From a virus (Duplodnaviria; Caudoviricetes), in the IMG/VR virus record IMGVR_UViG_3300021598_000208, positions 1 to 63,549 of that record: 63,549 nt of DNA; one strand, 5' to 3'. Below the pieces are notes generated by a model. That model was not told the DNA's origin, made no database searches, and worked only from the letters and a program-made list of their open reading frames with translations. Both the position numbers and the translations under genes were made by a program. This document shows, one piece after another, positions 56,932 to 63,549 of this stretch (within the stretch, counting starts at the first letter, position 1; each line of letters opens with the position of its first letter).

Positions 56932-57401
56932 ATCTAATCACATTCGACAATATTATCAAAGACCCAATATCCTATGTATCAGATATACACTTGCACGGGT
57001 TTCAAGACGTGGCAGATGGTGACAACGTTTTCAAAAACATTCAGCCAAGAGACGCTAACGATGAGTTTGCCGTATACTGCCGTGAACTATTTAATGGTTA
57101 TAAAGTAGCATTCAATTTTGTTAGAAAGTCTCCTGAGGGTCAGAAAGAACCCAACTTTATCCATACGGATGAGATGATGGGTGACCTTACTTGCATTCTC
57201 TATCTAAACGAGGAGTCACCAAATGCAGATGGTACAACAATATATGACAATGATGAAAAGCCTATATTTACAATGTACTCTAAGTTCAATCGTATGATAG
57301 CATTCAGTTCGGTTCTTCCGCACTCGAGGAATATTTTTGAGAATTTTGGACAGGGTGAAGATGCAAGATTGGTTCAGGTAGTATTTTTAAAAGCTAAGTA
57401 A
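56928..57401 (+). CDS. 2OG-Fe(II) oxygenase-like protein
   Basis: IHTD (HxD), ILYLN...GT, FNRMIAF...PHS and RLVQVVF. Confidence 0.75.
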   Translation: MNLITFDNIIKDPISYVSDIHLHGFQDVADGDNVFKNIQPRDANDEFAVYCRELFNGYKVAFNFVRKSPEGQKEPNFIHTDEMMGDLTCILYLNEESPNADGTTIYDNDEKPIFTMYSKFNRMIAFSSVLPHSRNIFENFGQGEDARLVQVVFLKAK

Positions 57402-57688
57402 TGAGAGATACTAAAGAAATAAAACTACGAATTATTGAAGCGGGTTACAAAGCTGTCAACCATCTTGTAAAGGTGGCTGAAGAGGATATTATTAATACCG
57501 AGTCAGATACAGATGTGTCTGCCGATAAGATGAAGAATGCAGCAGCAGCTAAGAAGTTAGCCATCTTTGATGCGTTTGAGATACTGAGTAGAATAGAAGC
57601 GGAGAAAGAAAATCTTGAGTCCGTTGAAAGAGGAATAAGTAAAACAGATACAAAACAAGGATTTGCAGAAAGAAGGTCAAAACAATAA
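57401..57688 (+). CDS. Hypothetical protein, possible small terminase subunit
   Basis: Helical protein directly upstream of the large terminase. Confidence 0.45.
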   Translation: MRDTKEIKLRIIEAGYKAVNHLVKVAEEDIINTESDTDVSADKMKNAAAAKKLAIFDAFEILSRIEAEKENLESVERGISKTDTKQGFAERRSKQ

Positions 57689-59912
57689 TCTATGCCGTAT
57701 AGTCGATAATCATATACCGGCTGCCGTTATCTCTAACAAAAATAGAGTGAGGTCGTGGCTATATGGGTATAACGACCAATACGATGTTGTTGTAATTTCA
57801 AAGACCGGACAGATAGGACAGATAGTAGAGATAGCAGGATTAATTATTGCTCTTCCACTTGCTCCTGATAAGTGTCTTCAAAGACACTCCGCTAAAGCCG
57901 AACAGTATTGGGAGCGTCAGCCATTACCCCGTGAGTTAGCCAAGATACAATCCATATTTCAATGGAATGAAAAGCCAAAAGATTTTAAAGACCGTTGGGT
58001 CGATTATATAGAGCAGGAGTTTGACTACCGTGAACAGGGATATTGGTTTATGAACAATGGGGTCAAAACCTACATAACCGGCTCGCATTATATGTACTTG
58101 CAATGGTCAAGTATTGACGTGGGTTATCCTGACTTTCGTGAAGCCAATAGAATCTATTGGATATTTTGGGAAGCCTGTCGTGCAGACCCAAGGTCATTTG
58201 GTATGATATACCTAAAGATTAGACGTTCGGGGTTCTCGTTTATGTCATCCTCAGAGTGCGTGAACATAGGTACGCTCGCACGTGACGCACGTATAGGTAT
58301 CTTATCTAAGACGGGTTCCGATGCTAAGAAGATGTTCACCGATAAGGTTGTACCTATCAATAGCCGTCTACCATTCTTTTTCAAACCGGTGATGGATGGT
58401 ATGGACAAGCCAAAAACTGAGTTGGCATATAGGGTACCGGCAGCAAAGATTACCAAGAAGAATATGTATGAGACTGACGACAATGATGTCGATGGACTTG
58501 ATACATCAATAGATTGGAAGAATACTGAGGATAACTCATACGATGGAGAGAAGCTACTATTCTTGGCTCACGATGAGTCTGCTAAATGGACTAAGCCTGT
58601 AAACATTAAAGAGAATTGGCGTGTAACCAAAACCTGTCTTCGCTTGGGTAGTAAGATTATTGGCAAGTGTATGATGGGTTCAACGTCCAATGCTTTAAGC
58701 AAAGGCGGGCAGAACTATAAAGATATTTACGAGGACTCAAATGTAAAAATCCGTAACGCCAACGGGCAGACCAAGAGTGGTCTATATGCCATATTTATTC
58801 CGATGGAGTGGAATATGGAGGGATTCATTGACAAGTATGGTCATCCTGTGTTTCGTAAACCTGAGGAGCCTATTATGGGTGTGGATGGTGTTATGATAAA
58901 GAACGGAGCCATTGACTATTGGGAAGCGGAGGTTGACTCATTGAAAAATGATGCTGACGCACTGAACGAGTTTTACCGTCAGTTCCCACGTACAGAGTCT
59001 CACGCTTTTCGTGATGAGAGCAAGCAAGCCTTGTTTAACCTGACCAAGATATATCAGCAGATTGACTATAACGACTCAATGATTAAAGAGCATTACCTTA
59101 CTCGAGGAATGTTTTCTTGGAAGGATGGTATTAAGGATACGCAGGTAGTTTGGACCCCGGACCCAAGAGGTAGGTTCAATATAAGTTGGGCACCACCTAA
59201 GCATATGCAAAACAACATACACATCCGAAATGGGATAAAGTATCCCGGTAACGAGCACCTTGGCTCTTTTGGATGTGACTCTTATGACATATCAGCGGTT
59301 GTTGGAGGCAGGGGGTCTAATGGCTCTTTGCACGGTATGACTAAGTTCCATATGGACGATGCGCCTGTCAATGAGTTTTTCTTGGAGTATATTGCCCGTC
59401 CACAAACAGCAGAAATATTTTTTGAGGAAGTATTAATGGCTTGTGTTTTCTATGGAATGCCTATCTTAGTAGAGAATAACAAACCGAGACTTTTGTATCA
59501 TTTGAAAAACAGAGGTTACAGAGGTTTCTCAATCAATAGACCTGACAAGCAAATGGCAAAGCTGACAAAGACTGAGCGGGAGTTAGGTGGTATACCAAAC
59601 TCATCTGAGGATGTTAAGCAAGCGCACGCTGCAGCCATTGAGTCGTATATTGAGAAGTTTATAGGATTTGATTTAGAAGCTAAATATAGAGACCCGGAAC
59701 AAATGGGTACAATGCCGTTCACAAGAACGCTTGAGGATTGGGCAAAGTTTGACATTTCTGATAGAACTAAATTTGATGCCTCTATTAGTTCGGGTTTAGC
59801 CATTATGGCTAACCAAAAGCATCTATATGTTTCTGAGAAAAAAGAATCAAAATTAATTATTAACTTCGCTAAATATAAGAACGAAGGTACAACAAGTCAA
59901 TTGATTAGATGA
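57663..59912 (+). CDS. terL: Terminase large subunit
   Basis: KIRRSGFS (Walker A), LAHDE (Walker B), GST coupling motif and FGCDSYD nuclease motif. Confidence 0.9.
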   Translation: MQKEGQNNNLCRIVDNHIPAAVISNKNRVRSWLYGYNDQYDVVVISKTGQIGQIVEIAGLIIALPLAPDKCLQRHSAKAEQYWERQPLPRELAKIQSIFQWNEKPKDFKDRWVDYIEQEFDYREQGYWFMNNGVKTYITGSHYMYLQWSSIDVGYPDFREANRIYWIFWEACRADPRSFGMIYLKIRRSGFSFMSSSECVNIGTLARDARIGILSKTGSDAKKMFTDKVVPINSRLPFFFKPVMDGMDKPKTELAYRVPAAKITKKNMYETDDNDVDGLDTSIDWKNTEDNSYDGEKLLFLAHDESAKWTKPVNIKENWRVTKTCLRLGSKIIGKCMMGSTSNALSKGGQNYKDIYEDSNVKIRNANGQTKSGLYAIFIPMEWNMEGFIDKYGHPVFRKPEEPIMGVDGVMIKNGAIDYWEAEVDSLKNDADALNEFYRQFPRTESHAFRDESKQALFNLTKIYQQIDYNDSMIKEHYLTRGMFSWKDGIKDTQVVWTPDPRGRFNISWAPPKHMQNNIHIRNGIKYPGNEHLGSFGCDSYDISAVVGGRGSNGSLHGMTKFHMDDAPVNEFFLEYIARPQTAEIFFEEVLMACVFYGMPILVENNKPRLLYHLKNRGYRGFSINRPDKQMAKLTKTERELGGIPNSSEDVKQAHAAAIESYIEKFIGFDLEAKYRDPEQMGTMPFTRTLEDWAKFDISDRTKFDASISSGLAIMANQKHLYVSEKKESKLIINFAKYKNEGTTSQLIR
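57872..57887 (+). repeat. 16-bp palindrome copy 11 (inside terminase)
   Basis: Exact match, read as CLQRH. Confidence 0.95.
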
Positions 59913-62344
59913 AAAATGTAACAATCAACATAAACACGGCAGTATTTCCAAGTCAAATGGCAACTGATGCTGAAAAAGCAACTGATGCATTTGGGTTGCA
60001 AGTCGGGCAAGCCATCCAATATGAGTGGTTCCGTAAAGATGGTAACTCGTGTAGATACTATGGTCAATGGAGAGATTTTCGTAGACTTAGATTGTATGCA
60101 CGTGGAGAACAATCAATTGCTAAATACAAAAATGAATTAGCGATTGACGGAGATTTATCTTATCTAAATTTAGATTGGACTCCTGTTCCTATCCTTCCAA
60201 AGTTTATTGATATTGTTGTTAACGGAATGTCTGACCGTTTATTTAAAGTAAAAGCATATGCGCAAGATGCGATGTCTCAATCAAAGAGAAGTAAGTATCA
60301 AGAAATGCTTGAGACACAAATGGCAGGTAAACCTGTTCTTACAAAGATTCAAGAGTTAACAGGAGTAGACCCATTTATGATGGACCCTGAAGAACTTCCT
60401 GAAACAGACGAAGAGTTATCATTATATATGCAGCTTCATTATAAGCCTGCAATTGAAATAGCCGAAGAAACTGCAATCAATACAATCTTTGATGACAATC
60501 ATTATGATGACATCAGAAAGAGATTGGATTATGATATTGCTGTTATTGGTATTGGTGTAGCTAAGCACGAGTTCTTACAAGGAGAAGGCGTTAAGATTTC
60601 TTACGTAGACCCTGCTAACATTGTATACAGCTATACAGAAGACCCATTCTTTAAAGATTGTTTTTATTGGGGTGAAATTAAAACGCTTCCAATAACAGAG
60701 TTAATGAAGATTGACCAATCATTAACAAGAGAAGATTTACAAGAGATTACACAATACAGTCAATCGTGGTATGACTACTACAACGTAGCGCAGTTCTACG
60801 AGAATGATATGTTCTATAGAGACACTTGCACTCTTATGTATTTCAATTATAAAACGACTAAAAAAGTTGTCTATAAAAAGAAGTATCTTGAGAATGGTGG
60901 TACTCGTGTAATTGAGAAAGATGAAAAGTTCAACCCTCCGACTGAAATGATGGAGGAAGGTAACTTTGAAAAGATTGAAAAAACAATTGACGTTTGGTAT
61001 GAAGGTATTATGGTAATGGGTACTAACATCCTATTACAATGGAAGATGTCTGAGAATATGGTTCGTCCTAAGTCAGCGTCTCAACACGCTTTACCAAACT
61101 ATGTAGCTTGTGCTCCTCGTATGTACAAAGGAGTTATTGAATCACTATGTCGCAGAATGATACCATTCGCTGATTTGATTCAGGTTACGCACTTAAAACT
61201 ACAACAAGTTATTGCACGTACTGTACCTGATGGTGTATTCATTGATGCTGATGGCTTAAATGAAATTGACTTAGGTACGGGTAACGCATACAATCCTGAG
61301 GATGCACTTAGATTATATTTCCAAACAGGTAGTGTAATTGGTAGAAGCTATACTCAAGATGGTGACTTTAACAATGCAAGAGTGCCTATCACTCAGTTGA
61401 CATCTAACTCAGGTGCAGCTAAAACGCAGATGTTAATCACCAATATGAATCACTACATTGATATGATTAGGTCGGTGACCGGTCTTAACGAAGCAAGAGA
61501 TGGTTCTACCCCTGACCCTAACGCATTGGTTGGTGTTCAGAAGTTAGCTGCATTAAGTTCTAATACAGCAACAAGACATATCCTTGACTCTTCATTGTTT
61601 ATATATCGTTCATTAGCTGAAGCTATTACTTACAGGGTTGGCGATATATTAGAGTACTCAGACTTTAAGGATGAGTTTATCAATCAAATTGGTAAATACA
61701 ACGTGTCAATCTTAAACGAGATTAACGACTTATACATTTACGACTTTGGTATATTCATTGAGGTTTCTCCTGATGAAGAGCAAAAAGCACAACTTGAGGC
61801 TAACATTCAGATGGCACTTTCTAAAGGTGACATCAACCTTGAGGACGCTATTGACATCCGTGAGATTCGTAATCTTAAATTGGCTAACCAATTACTTAAG
61901 GTTAAGAGAGTTAGAAACCAAGAACGTGAAGAGAAGATGGCTATGCAGAAGCAATCAATTATTGCTCAGCAACAATTGAAGTCTCAAGAGATGGCTTCTC
62001 AAGCTGCAATGCAAAAGATTGAAATGGAGACAAACTCTAAGATGCAGATTAAGCAAGCTGAAGTGGCATTTGAAATTCAGAAACTTGAGAAGGAAGCTGA
62101 AATGAAAGCGTTACTTATGAGAGAAGAGTTCCAATACAATATGCAATTGCAAGGAATAGAGGTTGGCAATTTAACTGAAAGAGAGAAAATGAAAGAAGAT
62201 GCGAAAGCAAAAAGAATTAGTCAACAAAATACCGAGCAATCCAAATTAATCAATCAAAGAAAAAATAATCTACCTCCAATGAACTTTGAGTCAAATGAGG
62301 ATAGTTTAGATGGCTTTGATATGGCGGAATTTGAACCTCGATAA
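59909..62344 (+). CDS. Portal protein
   Basis: 811 aa after terL; PILPKFIDIVV, TGLNEARDG and a Gln-rich helical C-terminus. Confidence 0.85.
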   Translation: MKNVTININTAVFPSQMATDAEKATDAFGLQVGQAIQYEWFRKDGNSCRYYGQWRDFRRLRLYARGEQSIAKYKNELAIDGDLSYLNLDWTPVPILPKFIDIVVNGMSDRLFKVKAYAQDAMSQSKRSKYQEMLETQMAGKPVLTKIQELTGVDPFMMDPEELPETDEELSLYMQLHYKPAIEIAEETAINTIFDDNHYDDIRKRLDYDIAVIGIGVAKHEFLQGEGVKISYVDPANIVYSYTEDPFFKDCFYWGEIKTLPITELMKIDQSLTREDLQEITQYSQSWYDYYNVAQFYENDMFYRDTCTLMYFNYKTTKKVVYKKKYLENGGTRVIEKDEKFNPPTEMMEEGNFEKIEKTIDVWYEGIMVMGTNILLQWKMSENMVRPKSASQHALPNYVACAPRMYKGVIESLCRRMIPFADLIQVTHLKLQQVIARTVPDGVFIDADGLNEIDLGTGNAYNPEDALRLYFQTGSVIGRSYTQDGDFNNARVPITQLTSNSGAAKTQMLITNMNHYIDMIRSVTGLNEARDGSTPDPNALVGVQKLAALSSNTATRHILDSSLFIYRSLAEAITYRVGDILEYSDFKDEFINQIGKYNVSILNEINDLYIYDFGIFIEVSPDEEQKAQLEANIQMALSKGDINLEDAIDIREIRNLKLANQLLKVKRVRNQEREEKMAMQKQSIIAQQQLKSQEMASQAAMQKIEMETNSKMQIKQAEVAFEIQKLEKEAEMKALLMREEFQYNMQLQGIEVGNLTEREKMKEDAKAKRISQQNTEQSKLINQRKNNLPPMNFESNEDSLDGFDMAEFEPR

Positions 62345-62363
62345 AAATGTCAAAATTTTTGTA

Positions 62364-62371
62364 TAAGTTTG
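62364..62371 (+). promoter_or_regulatory. -7 promoter element TAAGTTTG
   Basis: Intergenic, before the scaffold gene. Confidence 0.55.
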
Positions 62372-62391
62372 TATAAATTAAATTAAATCAA

Positions 62392-63326
62392 ATGGAATTA
62401 AAAGTTAGAGCATTAGACATTATTGAACCTAAAAGTGTTCAAGAGGTCGAAAAGGAATTACTTGATAAACACGAAGAATCTTTAAGTCAAGATAACAATC
62501 CGGAACCGGAGCCAATACAAAATGACCCGGAGCCTGAACCCGAGCCTCAACCTCAGGAAGTTGGTATTGATTTAAAAGATGAAGACGTTCTTTCATATAT
62601 TGGTAAGAGATATAATAAGCAAATAAACTCTTTAGATGATTTAGTGGCAGAGCGAGAAGCATCTGAACCACTACCTGAAGATGTGGCTGCTTATATGAAA
62701 TATAAAAAGGAGACAGGGCGTGGCTTTGAAGACTTTCTTAAATTAAAGAAAGACTTTGACGCAATGGACCCTGACCAACTTTTAAAAGAATACTTAACTT
62801 CTACACAGGAGGGTCTTGATAGTGATGACATTGAGACATTAATGGATGAGTACAGATACGATGAGGATTTGGACGAAGAAACAACCATTAAAAGAGTAAA
62901 AATCGCAAAAAAGAAAGTTCTTGCTGAAGCAACGATGTATTTAGCGGAGAGTTCAAAGGTTTTGAGTTCAATGTAAATGACAAAAAAATTGTTTTTAATC
63001 CGGGAGATGCCAACGAATTAAAGAAAAACCAATCTACGCCACAGAACTTTATTAATAAGTTCTTGGATGAGCAAGGGTTGATTAAAGACGCAGTTGGTTA
63101 TCATAGGTCTTTAGCTATGGCAATGCAACCTGAGAAGTTTGCCAAGTTCTTTTATGAACAAGGATTGGCTGATGCGACAGACGATGTAACTCGTAAAATC
63201 AAGAACATCAATATGTCCACCAACCGAGCACCTGAAATTGGTAAATCTACAGAGGGAGTGCAGGTGAAAGCGATAAACCCTGATTCAGGACGAAACCTGA
63301 AAATTCGCAGCATAAAAAGAATTTAA
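62392..63326 (+). CDS. Putative scaffold protein, broken by a frame change near 62930
   Basis: Acidic protein between portal and capsid. A second frame is open from 62928 (NDVFSGEFKGFEF...) to 63326. Confidence 0.65.
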
Positions 63327-63347
63327 AACAATTAAAAATCTAAAACA

Positions 63348-63549
63348 ATGGCAGGTTCATTATTGAGTAATCCTACCTTTGCGTTGCAGCCAAGTGCTGA
63401 GCAGGTAGCGTTACAGACAAACTACATTACCAACTTCAACTTCTTGAATCAGTATCTTCCTGATACATACGAGAAGGAATTTGAGCGTTATGGTAACAGA
63501 ACAATCGCATCTTTCTTACGTATGGTAGGAGCAGAGATGCCTTCTAACT
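63348..63549 (+). CDS. Major capsid protein, N-terminal part (3' partial)
   Basis: MAGSLLSNPTF...QYLPDTYEKEFERYGNRTIASFLRMVGAEMPSN; open to the window end. Confidence 0.8.
   Translation, partial: MAGSLLSNPTFALQPSAEQVALQTNYITNFNFLNQYLPDTYEKEFERYGNRTIASFLRMVGAEMPSN

Noticed and set aside
1-63549. Stop-codon reassignment as in some crAss-like phages
   Set aside because: Genes are long and tile densely in the standard bacterial code, all three stop codons end genes, and the breaks seen are frame changes rather than in-frame stops.

Overview
This window is nearly a whole genome of a tailed (podovirus-like) phage that probably infects Bacteroidota, judged from TAnnTTTG promoters and A-rich starts without Shine-Dalgarno sequences. 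It is linearised inside the major capsid gene: the N-terminus is at 63348-63549, the C-terminus at 3-308, and the middle appears to be missing. Plus strand 1-20293 holds virion and ejection genes. Minus strand 20290-35920 holds early and replication genes: helicase, primase-helicase, SSB, RecE-like nuclease, Sak3-like recombinase, amidoligase and a GATase-GGCT fusion. A divergent control region lies at 35920-37160. Plus strand 37163-63549 holds GroEL/GroES, small basic proteins, lysis genes, two tail fibres, terminase, portal, scaffold and capsid. The most striking unannotated layer is non-coding. Three type III hammerhead ribozymes with compensatory stem changes punctuate the early operon. 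A 16-bp quasi-palindrome, GTGTCTTCAAAGACAC, occurs 11 times; three copies lie just 5' of two ribozymes and an atypical tRNA, and four lie inside CDSs. There is also a duplicated iteron/IHF cassette and strong avoidance of CCAG/CTGG, GATC and CATG. Four frame breaks probably reflect assembly gaps. All calls come from reading motifs by eye; no searches were run.
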